From assembly GCA_963665665.1 (NCBI GenBank), contig OY762428.1, forward strand, positions 5,394,199 to 5,458,198: 64,000 nucleotides of DNA, read 5' to 3'. Under the pieces are notes generated by a model. It worked only from the letters and a program-made list of their open reading frames with translations, had not been told where the DNA came from and made no database searches. This stretch comes from Candidatus Kapaibacterium sp. (GTDB lineage Bacteria > Bacteroidota > Ignavibacteria > Kapaibacteriales > UBA2268). This document shows, one piece after another, positions 50,390 through 60,815 of the stretch. The stretch's first letter is position 1. Every line of letters begins with the position of its first letter. A program made the translations under genes and the position numbers.

Positions 50390-52365
50390 TGAAAAGGAAA
50401 ATATTTATTCTGATTATCGGCCTGATAATATCAGCAAATTCATTTGCTCAGGAAAACTCATCACCAAGCAGAATAGGGCTTTACGGAGCTTATGGATTCA
50501 ATTCCCACACAGCGGATTTTAATTCACTGACCGGCCTTGTCAGCTGTTGCCCTGATTATAAAGATGCAAGCGGCTCCGGCCTGATCTTCGGGGCAATATT
50601 CGAACAATATATAGCAAGCAAATTATATATTGGTGTGCGCCTGGGTTACTATTCATTCAAAGGCGAATTTGAAAATGACGAAATACAGACCGTTTATGAT
50701 TATACAACAGATGATGCCGTGGATGCAACTTTTCGTCATAACTTCAACCCGGAATTTGCCTATCTTTCCTTCCAGCCTGAGTTATCATATAACCCGATAG
50801 CCGGATTAATGCTCAGAGCAGGTGTAAGAACTGACTTTTTAAATATTTCATCTGATTTTGATCATTCTGAAACAATTATTAACCCGGAATATTTGAATTA
50901 TGAAAACGGTACAAATACCAGGTTAAATTCCGAAGGTGAAATCGAGGATCTTGTGAAAACAAATTTTTCAGTCACCCTCGGGCTGGGATATGATATTGCT
51001 TTGTCGGACAATAACAAGTTCTACCTGACACCGGAAATATCTTATCAGCTTGGATTAACAGACATTGTAAAAGATAAAGACTGGAAAGTAAATATTTTTA
51101 CCGCAGGATTATCTTTTAAATATGCATTTGGTTCTGAATCTGATTCCCACTCCCCTATCGTATCGCTTTCTGAATCAGGAACAAGTTCCGGCACCGGAAA
51201 TATCAGAGCAATGGCTTTAACCGATGATGGAAATGTTGACGATCTGGCAACTGTACGGATTGAGGAATTTAAAACTAAGAAAATGAAACCGCTGCTTAAT
51301 TATATATTTTTCGATGAAAATTCTGCAAGAATACCTGAAAGATATAAAAGAATTTCAAGAAACGAAACTTCTAACTTTTCCGAACAGGACTTATCAACAT
51401 ACAATGATATACAAACTTATTATCACATTTTGAACATTCTTGGCAAAAGAATGAAACTGAACCCCGATGCGAAAATTTCCGTTGACGGATGTAATAGTAA
51501 TTCAGGCCTTGAAAAAGACAACCTTAACCTTAGCGTCAGAAGAGCTTTAGCTGTCCGGAATTATCTTATCAGGATATGGGATATCAGCCCGGATCGGATC
51601 ATTGTTGATAAGCGGGGCCTGCCGGCCAATCCATCAGCAATTGACAATCCCGACGGAATGGCCGAAAATCGCAGAGTTGAGATAAATTCCGACAAATGGG
51701 AAATAATTGCTCCGGTTTATTCAGAAACAACTTCAATAGAAACAAAACCTGCCGGAATCAGGTTCGAAACAGAAATCGAAGGTAATACCGACATCAGTGA
51801 ATGGAATATTGATGTTCTGCAGAACGGCAGACAGGTAAAAACTTTCTCAGGAAGGGATGCTGTCCCCGGAACTATCGACTGGAAGATTAGCGGCTCGAAT
51901 TCCAGCAGCATCACAAATGACGATCTGCTGACATATAAAATGACAATGAGCAACGGCTCTGACATATTTACTTCAAATGAGCAAACCATTCCTGTTGAGT
52001 ATCTCTCACTGAAGAAAAAAGTAGTTGAGAAACTCTCTGATATATCTTTATACAGATTCAGCCTGCTCTCATCCTTTGATGAAAATGAACTTAGCCCGTA
52101 CAATAAAAAATTAATGGATATGATAAAAGCCGAGATAAGCCCTGAATCAGAGATTACAGTTGCCGGTTATACCGACAGGCTCGGCACAGAAAATTATAAC
52201 AAGGAATTATCAGAAAAAAGAGCAAAAGCCCTGGCTGATGAATTTAGTGCCAGCAAAATTGAAACAGTAGGCTATGGCGAGTCAAGAATGGATTTCGACA
52301 ATAACAATCCGGAAGGACGATTCTATAGCCGTCGTGTAGATGTTACAATTTCAACCCCCCGCTAA
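50389..52365 (+). CDS. Outer-membrane beta-barrel protein with two OmpA-like domains
   Basis: N-terminal barrel ending AGLSFKYAF; OmpA-like 1 IFFDENS...LSVRRA...NRRVEI; OmpA-like 2 GYTDRLG...LSEKRA...SRRVDV. Confidence 0.85.
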   Translation: MKRKIFILIIGLIISANSFAQENSSPSRIGLYGAYGFNSHTADFNSLTGLVSCCPDYKDASGSGLIFGAIFEQYIASKLYIGVRLGYYSFKGEFENDEIQTVYDYTTDDAVDATFRHNFNPEFAYLSFQPELSYNPIAGLMLRAGVRTDFLNISSDFDHSETIINPEYLNYENGTNTRLNSEGEIEDLVKTNFSVTLGLGYDIALSDNNKFYLTPEISYQLGLTDIVKDKDWKVNIFTAGLSFKYAFGSESDSHSPIVSLSESGTSSGTGNIRAMALTDDGNVDDLATVRIEEFKTKKMKPLLNYIFFDENSARIPERYKRISRNETSNFSEQDLSTYNDIQTYYHILNILGKRMKLNPDAKISVDGCNSNSGLEKDNLNLSVRRALAVRNYLIRIWDISPDRIIVDKRGLPANPSAIDNPDGMAENRRVEINSDKWEIIAPVYSETTSIETKPAGIRFETEIEGNTDISEWNIDVLQNGRQVKTFSGRDAVPGTIDWKISGSNSSSITNDDLLTYKMTMSNGSDIFTSNEQTIPVEYLSLKKKVVEKLSDISLYRFSLLSSFDENELSPYNKKLMDMIKAEISPESEITVAGYTDRLGTENYNKELSEKRAKALADEFSASKIETVGYGESRMDFDNNNPEGRFYSRRVDVTISTPR

Positions 52366-52392
52366 AAAAAAGATAAAAATTATTCTGATAAG

Positions 52393-52425
52393 GCATCCGG
52401 AAATAATTTCGGATGCTTTTTTTTT
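52393..52425 (+). terminator. Intrinsic terminator
   Basis: GCATCCG...CGGATGC followed by a run of nine T. Confidence 0.85.
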
Positions 52426-52496
52426 GCAAAAATTATTAGCCTGTATTGGCGGGGGTGGATTCTTCTCTGGTAACAGGCATCCCTGAACAAAAAGTG

Positions 52497-52586
52497 GTCA
52501 TTCTGAGAAAGCGAAGCGACCGAAGAATCCATGCAAAATAGCAGATAATGTATGAGGAATGGACTCTTCGCTGCGCTCAGAGTGAA
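52497..52586. repeat. REP-like palindromic element, copy A
   Basis: GTCATTCTGAG...GAAGAATCCAT-(variable loop)-ATGGACTCTTC...CTCAGAGTGA. Confidence 0.85.
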
Positions 52587-52634
52587 AGATCTGCGGGGAT
52601 TGAGACAGGGCCGGAAATAATAATTCAAAACCCC

Positions 52635-52662
52635 TGCAACTTTATACCGGATAATTTGTTAT
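52635..52662 (+). promoter_or_regulatory. Putative ECF-type promoter of array gene 1
   Basis: TGCAAC-N16-TGTTAT. Confidence 0.5.
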
Positions 52663-52702
52663 ATTTATAAATCACGAGAATAAAAAAGGAGAGGATGAAA
52701 AT

Positions 52703-55700
52703 ATGCCATTTCCAACAAAAAAAGAGATTGATGGTTTTATTAATCCAATTCATCCTATTAATCCAAGTTTAGAATCATACTATCCCGGAGTTTTTATGCG
52801 TGCTTTAATACTATCTATTTTAGTTTTTATAATATCAATATCTTCATCCTACTCACAAACAAGAGACAGCATCCCCATTCACTTAGACTGGGCTGCTTAT
52901 TATGCCGGAGCATTCCTTGATGATATTGATTACGATTCAAAAGGTAATGTCATATTTGTTTCAAATATTCAACCGAACCATAAAAAGGACTGGAAAACAT
53001 ATTTGGTCAAAATGGATTCTAATTCCAATCGTTTATGGGAAATTATGTTTCCGGAAGACAGGCTGCCGACTATTTGTATTGACCCCTGGGATAATATTAT
53101 TATTGGTACTGAAAACAGGCTGGAAAAATACTCTCCCGACGGTAAACTTTTATGGTCATTCAAAGATCCCGAAGTTGTTCCCATATTCTCATATCTAATT
53201 TCTGATAAAGAAGGAAATATTTATTGCCGGTATGGATATTGCGAAAATTTCTGTAAAATAAATAGGGACGGAATTCTTGAATGGAAAAAATATTATGGCA
53301 ACGATGTACTTATTATTGCATTAAATAGTAATGATGATCTGATCGTTCTAAGATCAGACACACATTCCATGTTGGATTATAATTACTATATTTTAAATAA
53401 AGAAGACGGTTCAGTCCTGTTTAGAAAAAAATCAATATCGGGATATGAAGTCAGGTGGATTGCAGTTGATAGTGATGATAATATCATTTTTTCGGGCGTT
53501 GATTATAATTTTGACGATACACCCTGGGATAATAAATGTACTGCAAAGATTGATAAGGATGGGAACCTGATTTATAATATTATTTACCCCACTAACGAAG
53601 CTTTATTTGATGTTGATCCGATGTTTGAATTCCAGATAAACGCTGTTGATCAGTTCGGAAATGCTTATATAGCTTCAACTCATGCAATTTATAAAATTGA
53701 TCCAAACGGCAAAATACTATGGGTTTACGATGTACCATTTTATTTATTATCAATTAAATATCAACCGCCAAATACATTATTTGTGGGAGGCTCAGCAAAA
53801 GACTTTTTACCTGAGGTATGGGATTCTGTAAATACTGATTACCAGATACCCGGCCATCCAGCATTCCTCGCGAAATTTACCGTTGAGAGGATTAATTTTG
53901 AGATTTACGACCAAAACATTGAAGAGCAGTTTGATACCCTTGATCTTGGTAAAATATGCCTTGGCGATACGAAAACAGGCTTTGCGGCAGTTAAGAATTT
54001 CTCGGATTTCGGCCTGCAACTAAAACCGCCGGTGTTTACTGACTCAGAGCATTTCACGGGCGAATACATGCGCGGGGATTCGCTTTTCTGGAATGATACG
54101 CTTGGCGTTAGAATACATGTTGGCCCCGACAAAACCGGGCCGATTGAAACCATGATGTACATATACTCCAATGAAGACGATGCTGTAATGGATTCCCTGC
54201 TGATAAAAGCCCTCGTCGTAGAGCCGGGAATGGAGATCAGCAATGATATTGACTTCGGGTATGTGAAGTTCGGGAAACGTCCCGAGAAGACATTCACAAT
54301 ACACAATTCCGGAACATCAGATTTGTATATCAGTGATTTAAATGAGTTCGATCTGCCATTCAGGATCACGGAAACAGCCCCTGCTATACCGGCAGTCCTC
54401 ACCCCCGGCGACAGCATGATTGTTACAATGACAGTTCAGGGCACAGCCGAGGCTGAGTATTTTGATACGCTTTCTGTTGAAACCCAAAAGATTGGCGAGG
54501 CCTGCCCGATTGACGGCTTTGTGAAACTGCATACTATAACACTTCGCTACGAACTTGCTGCAAACGATATTGACTACGGCTTCGTGGCGGACTGCAAGAC
54601 CCCGCAAGACACCGTCAGGCTTGTGAACTGCGGCGGCGCCCCGGTTAAACTCATTGACGAAGGATACCTGAAAAATAAAGATGATTTTGAAATTGTCTCG
54701 GCAACGCCTTCTGGGACTGTCATTAATTTTCTCGACACCGCTTTTTATGTGATACGCTTTACTCCTCAAGTTCCCGACGGCCTGAAAACTGGTGAATTGA
54801 GGATTAAGACAGATCACCCTGAAGAGGGATTCCGCACTGTCCAGCTTCGCGGCGAGACCGAATCTGTGAACCTCACTGCTGAGAATATTTCCTTCGGCGA
54901 AGTGGGAATAAACCGCGATTCAACTTTGAAATGCGTACTCACCAACCACAACGGATTTGAACTAACAATATCCGAAATAATTGAGAACCATGACTGGCTG
55001 GAAATTCAGCCGCAATCATTCATCATCCCGGCAGGCGAGGAATACGAAATAGATGTGAAGATCAACCTAAGCGATCCTATCGATTATTCAGCATGGCCGC
55101 AGATCATTGTTCAAGGCCCCTGCCCTGACACTGTGGCTTTCAAAATTGATGCTACCGGCATAAAATCCTCCGTTGAGGTAACTCCCCTTTGCAATTATAA
55201 TGAAACGGAATTCTGCCAGTACAAAACGATGGATATTGAGATTAAAAATACAGGCAAACTACCGCTAACACTACTTTCCGGGGAAATTCAGGGCGCTGAT
55301 AAAGAACTCTTTGCATTCGAAGATAGTTATGAAAATTTGGAGATCCTGCCGGGAGAATCAATAATAGAAAAAATTGTATTCACTCCCGAATCATCAACAA
55401 ACGGCCACAAAACAGCACAGGCTCGAAATATAATATTGATCGATATGGTTGAGGAAGAATTTATTACAGAGCTGCAAGGTGAAAGATACACCATACTTTA
55501 TAATATTCCTGAATCTGTCTCGGTTTCGGCAAGGATCAGCGAAAACGGAACAGAGCAAATTGAACTAAAGAACACGGCAGAATATGATTTTACTATAGAA
55601 GAAATCAGCCTTGAAAATCCAGCCGAATTTTCAATTGCTCCCGACCTGGCAGGAAGGAAAATCAATGCGGGACTTTCTGAAAAGCTGACTGTATCTTTAT

Positions 55701-56470
55701 TCTCAAACATTGCAGGAGATTATGATGATAAAATATACCTGAAGTTTGCCGGCCCATTCTGCGAATACCGCGACACTATTGATATATCCGGAATAGTAAA
55801 ACATGAAAACCTGATTTTCTTTCCCGAAGCAATAGGAACTATAGGCGATCCTGATTTCCGCATCCCGTTAATGGTGAACCTGAATTCCACCGAGGATGTA
55901 AGCGGACTTTCCTACACCGCCGAGATCAGCCTTGACGCTTATCTGTACGACCTTACAGGCATTGACAACGCAAACATTCTCAGCAATGAAATATCAGGCA
56001 GGGAGCGGATTTTAAGCATATCAGGAGAAAACATCAGCCTTAGTAATGGCGAACAGGCAATCGCGGAACTATCCGGCGGCCTGCTTCTTTCCGACATTCG
56101 AGAATGCGAATTAAAAATAAACAGCTTCGAGTGGGACAGTCCCTATATCGACAATTCCACCCAAAACGGCCTGCTGAAAGTGGAAGAAATTTGCATCGGC
56201 GACCTGCGGGCAATATCCACATTCGCAATACCCGGCATCACAGCCTGTCCCAACCCTGCAACCGGCCAAATCGAAATCAACCTCAGCGGCGACATTTCCA
56301 ATCCGCAGAGCCTCGAAATATACGATTCACAGGGCAAGCTCCTCCGCGAACTTCCCATTAACAGCAAAGACAAAATTAAAATAAACATTCAGGAACTGTC
56401 CTCAGGCCTCTACTTCCTCATCCTGAAAACCGCCACCGGCATATATTATGACAAGGTGGTTGTGGAGTAA
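52703..56470 (+). CDS. Large T9SS surface protein, array copy 1 (beta-propeller head, Ig-like stalk, cohesin-like domain, CTD)
   Basis: DxxGN...K.D..G...W blade repeats, several IDFG.V...I.N.G Ig-like repeats, ACPNPA...YDSQGK...SGLYFL CTD. Alternative start ATG 52796 (GGAG RBS, signal peptide). Confidence 0.85.
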   Translation: MPFPTKKEIDGFINPIHPINPSLESYYPGVFMRALILSILVFIISISSSYSQTRDSIPIHLDWAAYYAGAFLDDIDYDSKGNVIFVSNIQPNHKKDWKTYLVKMDSNSNRLWEIMFPEDRLPTICIDPWDNIIIGTENRLEKYSPDGKLLWSFKDPEVVPIFSYLISDKEGNIYCRYGYCENFCKINRDGILEWKKYYGNDVLIIALNSNDDLIVLRSDTHSMLDYNYYILNKEDGSVLFRKKSISGYEVRWIAVDSDDNIIFSGVDYNFDDTPWDNKCTAKIDKDGNLIYNIIYPTNEALFDVDPMFEFQINAVDQFGNAYIASTHAIYKIDPNGKILWVYDVPFYLLSIKYQPPNTLFVGGSAKDFLPEVWDSVNTDYQIPGHPAFLAKFTVERINFEIYDQNIEEQFDTLDLGKICLGDTKTGFAAVKNFSDFGLQLKPPVFTDSEHFTGEYMRGDSLFWNDTLGVRIHVGPDKTGPIETMMYIYSNEDDAVMDSLLIKALVVEPGMEISNDIDFGYVKFGKRPEKTFTIHNSGTSDLYISDLNEFDLPFRITETAPAIPAVLTPGDSMIVTMTVQGTAEAEYFDTLSVETQKIGEACPIDGFVKLHTITLRYELAANDIDYGFVADCKTPQDTVRLVNCGGAPVKLIDEGYLKNKDDFEIVSATPSGTVINFLDTAFYVIRFTPQVPDGLKTGELRIKTDHPEEGFRTVQLRGETESVNLTAENISFGEVGINRDSTLKCVLTNHNGFELTISEIIENHDWLEIQPQSFIIPAGEEYEIDVKINLSDPIDYSAWPQIIVQGPCPDTVAFKIDATGIKSSVEVTPLCNYNETEFCQYKTMDIEIKNTGKLPLTLLSGEIQGADKELFAFEDSYENLEILPGESIIEKIVFTPESSTNGHKTAQARNIILIDMVEEEFITELQGERYTILYNIPESVSVSARISENGTEQIELKNTAEYDFTIEEISLENPAEFSIAPDLAGRKINAGLSEKLTVSLFSNIAGDYDDKIYLKFAGPFCEYRDTIDISGIVKHENLIFFPEAIGTIGDPDFRIPLMVNLNSTEDVSGLSYTAEISLDAYLYDLTGIDNANILSNEISGRERILSISGENISLSNGEQAIAELSGGLLLSDIRECELKINSFEWDSPYIDNSTQNGLLKVEEICIGDLRAISTFAIPGITACPNPATGQIEINLSGDISNPQSLEIYDSQGKLLRELPINSKDKIKINIQELSSGLYFLILKTATGIYYDKVVVE

Positions 56471-56530
56471 TTTAAACGAAATGTTACTATTCAGCTGAAC
56501 TTTGAAAATATATAAAAATTGTATAAAGTG

Positions 56531-56619
56531 GTCATTCTGAGAAAGCGAAGCGACCGAAGAATCCATATAAAATAGCAGAAAATCATAAAGAATGGACTCT
56601 TCGCTGCGCTCAGAGTGAC
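56531..56619. repeat. REP-like palindromic element, copy B
   Basis: Same arms as copy A, different central loop. Confidence 0.85.
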
Positions 56620-56667
56620 AGCTCTGAGGGGTTTGAGACAGGGCCGAAAATAATAATTCAAAACCCC

Positions 56668-56695
56668 TGCAACTTTATGCCGTATAATTTGTTAT
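56668..56695 (+). promoter_or_regulatory. Putative ECF-type promoter of array gene 2
   Basis: TGCAAC-N16-TGTTAT. Confidence 0.5.
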
Positions 56696-56727
56696 ATTTA
56701 CATATATTATCATAATAATATGAAAAA

Positions 56728-59700
56728 ATGAGGATGGAGACCATGCCGGACAATTACAAAAATATTTTTGATTATATATTTTCGCGTTCCCTTATATTTA
56801 TGTCAATCTTTATCATTTCTTATTTATCAGCCCTTTCCCGCAATAATGACAGCATACCTGTTCACTTAGACTGGGCTGCATATTATGCCGGAGGTTCCTG
56901 TGTGGATATTGATTTGGATTCAAAAGGTAATGTCTATTTTATTAGCGACGGAGTTGCAAGTGAGATTGACTATTTTGTAAAATTCGGTCCGGATTCTAAA
57001 TTAATTTGGTCAAAAGAATTTATTAATAGTAAATACACGTGCCTGGACGTAGATCCTGATGATAATATCATTGTTGGAATAGGAAAAACTTTGAGGAAGT
57101 ATTCACCTGATGGAGAAATAATCTGGAGCTATGACTTTTCAGAAAAATATGCAGAAATATCATATTTAATTTGCGATAGCAAAGGAAATATATTTTGCAG
57201 ATATAAAAGTGACTACATGATATGTAAAGTTGGAAAGGACGGAAATCTGGTTTGGAAAAATGTTTTCTGGGGAGGAAACAATTCAATAATAGCAGTTAAT
57301 AGCAATGATGATTTGATCGTTCTAAAATCTGATACTCATTCCACATTAGATAATAATTATTTCATTCTCGATAAAAATGATGGGAGTATTATTTTCCAAA
57401 AAAAAGCTATTTCCGGATATGCACCATTTTGGATAGCTGTTGATAAAGATGATAATATTATTTTTTCGGGAGTAAACGCAAATTTACCAGATTCAGTAGT
57501 CGATAATGAAAACACTACTAAAATCAATAAAAATGGAGATTTTGTTTATGAAATAATATATCCAAATCATAGCTTATTGATCACTAAAATAACAGAGCCA
57601 GAATTTCAAATTAATACTGTAGATCAATATGGTAATGCTTATGTAGCTTGTAGACATAGTTTTTCTGGAAAGCCAGATAACTGTGATATCCTTATAAAGA
57701 AAATTAATCCTGACGGACTGATACTTTGGGAACATAGATTTGGAGATATTGAAATTGGTGTTCATGACGTACCTTTAACACTAATTTTCACTCCACCGAA
57801 TACATTATGTGTTGGAGGTACTACTGAAGGAAAATTAGAAAAATATTATGATAATGTCAATACAGATTACCAGGTATCCGGCCATCCAGCATTCCTTGCA
57901 AAATTTACCGTTGAGCGGATTAATTTTGAAATTTACGACCAAAACATTGAAGAGCAGTTTGATACACTTGATCTGGGTAAAATATGCCTTGGCGATTCGA
58001 AAACAGGCTTTGCGGCAGTTAAGAATTTCTCGGATTTCGGCCTTGAGCTAAAACCGCCTGTTTTCGATGATAGCGATCATTTTTCCGGCGAATACATGCG
58101 GGGGGATTCGCTTTTCTGGAATGATACGCTTGGTGTTAGAATACATGTTGCCCCGGACAAAACCGGGCCGATTGAAACAATGATGTACATCTACTGCAAT
58201 GAAGATGATGCTGTAATGGACTCCCTGCTGATAAAAGCTCTCGTCGTAGAGCCGGGAATGGAGATTAGCAATGATATTGACTTCGGGTATGTGAAGTTCG
58301 GGAAACGTCCCGAGAAGACATTCACAATACATAATATCGGAACTTCAGATTTGTACATTAGTGATTTAAATGATTTCGATCTGCCATTCAGGATCACCGA
58401 AACAGACCCTGCAATACCGGCAGTCCTCATTCCCGGCGACAGCATGATTGTTACAATGACAGTTCAGGGCACAGCCGAAGAGGAGTATTTCGATACCCTT
58501 TTTATTGAAACACAAAAGATTGGCGAGGCCTGCCCAATCGACTGCTTTGTGAACCTGCATACTATAACACTGCGTTATGAACTTGCTGCAAACGATATTG
58601 ACTACGGCTTCGTGGCTTCTTGCGAAACTCCGCTCGATACTGTCAGGCTTGTGAACTGCGGCGCCGCCCCGATTGAACTCCTTGACGAAGGATACCTTAA
58701 TAATAAAGATGATTTTGAAATTGTTTCGGCAACGCCAATGGGGACTGTCCTTAATTTTCTCGACACCGCGTTCTACCTGATACGCTTTACTCCGCAAGCT
58801 CCCGACGGCCTGAAAACTGGCGAACTAAGGATCAAAACAGACCACCCTGAAGAAGGATTCCGCACTGTCCGGCTTCGTGGCGAGACTGAATCTGTGAACC
58901 TCACTGCTGAGAATATTTCCTTCGGCAATGTGGGAATAAACCGCAATTCAACTTTGAAATGTGTACTCACCAACCACAACGGCTTCGAACTAACAATATC
59001 CGAAATAATTGAGAACCATGACTGGCTGGAAATCCTGCCGCAATCATTCATCATCCCGGCAGGCGAGGATTACGAAATAGATGCGAAAATCAAACTGGTT
59101 GACGCAATTGAATATTCTGCATGGCCGCAGATCATTGTTCAAGGCCCCTGCCCGGATACCGTGGCTTTCAAAATTGACGCTACCGGCATAAAATCCTCCG
59201 TTGAGGTAACTCCACTTTGCAATTATAATGAAACTGAATTCTGCCAGTCCAAAACGATGGATATTGAGATTAAAAACACCGGCAAACTACCAATATCACT
59301 ACTTTCAGGAGAAATTCAAGGCGCTGACAAAGAGCTGTTTTCATTCGAAGACAATTATGAGAATATTGAGATTCTGCCCGGAGAATCAATAATTGAGAAA
59401 GTCATTTTCACTCCCGAATCATCCATAAACGGCCCGAAAACAGCACAGGCTCGAAATATAATATTGATCGATATGGTTGAGGAAGAATTCACTACAGAAC
59501 TGCAAGGCGAAAGATACACAATCCTTTACGAAATTCCCGAATCAGTCTCGGTTTTGGCGAGGATCAGCGAAAACGCAACAGAGCAAATCGAAATAAAGAA
59601 TACCGGCGAATATGATTTTACAATAGAAGAAATCAGCCTTGAAAATGCAGCCGAATTTTCTATTGCTCCCGACCTGACAGGAAGGAAAATTAACACAGGT

Positions 59701-60498
59701 AATTCTGAAATGCTGACTGTATCTTTATTCTCAGGCATTGCAGGAGATTATGATGATAAAATATACCTGAAGTTTGCCGGCCCATTCTGCGAATATCGGG
59801 ATACTATTGATATATCCGGTATAGTAAAACATGAAAACCTGATTTTCTTCCCCGAAACAATAGGAACTATAGGCGATCCTGATTTCCGCATCCCGTTAAT
59901 GGTAAGCCTGAATTCCACCGAGGATATAAGCGGATTGTCCTACACCGCCGAGATCAGCCTTGACGCTTATCTGTACGACCTTACCGGCATTGACAACGCA
60001 ACCATTCTCAGCAATGAAAAATCCGGCAGAGAGCGAATTTTAAGTATATCGGGAGAAAATATCAGCCTTAGCAAAGGCGAGCAGGCAATAGCGGAACTAT
60101 CCGGCGGCCTGCTGCTGTCCGACATTCGCGAATGCGAATTAAAAATAAACAGCTTCGAGTGGGACAGCCCCTATATCGACAATTCCACCCAAAACGGCTT
60201 TCTGAAAGTTGAAGAAATCTGCATCGGCGACTTGCGGGCAATATCCACTTTCGCAATCCCCGGCATCACAGCCTGTCCCAACCCTGCAACCGGCCAAATC
60301 GAAATCAATCTCAGCGGCGACATTTCCAATCCGCAGAGCCTTGAAATATACGATTCACAGGGCAAGCTCCTCCGCGAACTTCCCCTCAACAGCAAAGATA
60401 AAATTAAAATAAACATTCAGGACTTGCCCTCCGGCCTCTACTTCCTCATCCTGAAAACCGCCACCGGCGTTTATTATGATAAGGTGGTTGTGGAGTAA
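56728..60498 (+). CDS. Large T9SS surface protein, array copy 2
   Basis: Same architecture as copy 1; near-identical from NTDYQxxGHPAFLAKF to YYDKVVVE, divergent head. Possible start ATG 56743. Confidence 0.85.
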   Translation: MRMETMPDNYKNIFDYIFSRSLIFMSIFIISYLSALSRNNDSIPVHLDWAAYYAGGSCVDIDLDSKGNVYFISDGVASEIDYFVKFGPDSKLIWSKEFINSKYTCLDVDPDDNIIVGIGKTLRKYSPDGEIIWSYDFSEKYAEISYLICDSKGNIFCRYKSDYMICKVGKDGNLVWKNVFWGGNNSIIAVNSNDDLIVLKSDTHSTLDNNYFILDKNDGSIIFQKKAISGYAPFWIAVDKDDNIIFSGVNANLPDSVVDNENTTKINKNGDFVYEIIYPNHSLLITKITEPEFQINTVDQYGNAYVACRHSFSGKPDNCDILIKKINPDGLILWEHRFGDIEIGVHDVPLTLIFTPPNTLCVGGTTEGKLEKYYDNVNTDYQVSGHPAFLAKFTVERINFEIYDQNIEEQFDTLDLGKICLGDSKTGFAAVKNFSDFGLELKPPVFDDSDHFSGEYMRGDSLFWNDTLGVRIHVAPDKTGPIETMMYIYCNEDDAVMDSLLIKALVVEPGMEISNDIDFGYVKFGKRPEKTFTIHNIGTSDLYISDLNDFDLPFRITETDPAIPAVLIPGDSMIVTMTVQGTAEEEYFDTLFIETQKIGEACPIDCFVNLHTITLRYELAANDIDYGFVASCETPLDTVRLVNCGAAPIELLDEGYLNNKDDFEIVSATPMGTVLNFLDTAFYLIRFTPQAPDGLKTGELRIKTDHPEEGFRTVRLRGETESVNLTAENISFGNVGINRNSTLKCVLTNHNGFELTISEIIENHDWLEILPQSFIIPAGEDYEIDAKIKLVDAIEYSAWPQIIVQGPCPDTVAFKIDATGIKSSVEVTPLCNYNETEFCQSKTMDIEIKNTGKLPISLLSGEIQGADKELFSFEDNYENIEILPGESIIEKVIFTPESSINGPKTAQARNIILIDMVEEEFTTELQGERYTILYEIPESVSVLARISENATEQIEIKNTGEYDFTIEEISLENAAEFSIAPDLTGRKINTGNSEMLTVSLFSGIAGDYDDKIYLKFAGPFCEYRDTIDISGIVKHENLIFFPETIGTIGDPDFRIPLMVSLNSTEDISGLSYTAEISLDAYLYDLTGIDNATILSNEKSGRERILSISGENISLSKGEQAIAELSGGLLLSDIRECELKINSFEWDSPYIDNSTQNGFLKVEEICIGDLRAISTFAIPGITACPNPATGQIEINLSGDISNPQSLEIYDSQGKLLRELPLNSKDKIKINIQDLPSGLYFLILKTATGVYYDKVVVE

Positions 60499-60558
60499 TT
60501 TAAACGAAATGTTACTATTCAGCTGAACTTTGAAAATATATAAAAATTGTATAAAGTG

Positions 60559-60649
60559 GTCATTCTGAGAAAGCGAAGCGACCGAAGAATCCATCTTTGT
60601 TTGCAGATAGTGTGTGAAGAATGGATTCTTCGCTGACGCTCAGAATGAC
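60559..60649. repeat. REP-like palindromic element, copy C
   Basis: GTCATTCTGAG/CTCAGAATGAC and GAAGAATCCAT/ATGGATTCTTC perfectly complementary arms. Confidence 0.88.
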
Positions 60650-60815
60650 AGCTCTGCGGGGTTTGAGACAGAGCCGGAAATAATAATTCAAAACCCCTGC
60701 AACTTTATACTATTTCAGATGGACTCCACCTTTTTTCGACAAAATTCTAATTTTCTTATTTCAATTTTCTTGTCTATAGCAGGTAAATTCTATCGTTCTA
60801 AAAAAAGATTTTTCC

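Noticed and set aside
52380-52628. Short ORFs over the REP-like elements (also 60355-60594 and 60614-60835)
   Set aside because: The shared peptide MDSSVASLSQNDH is just the translation of the palindromic repeat.
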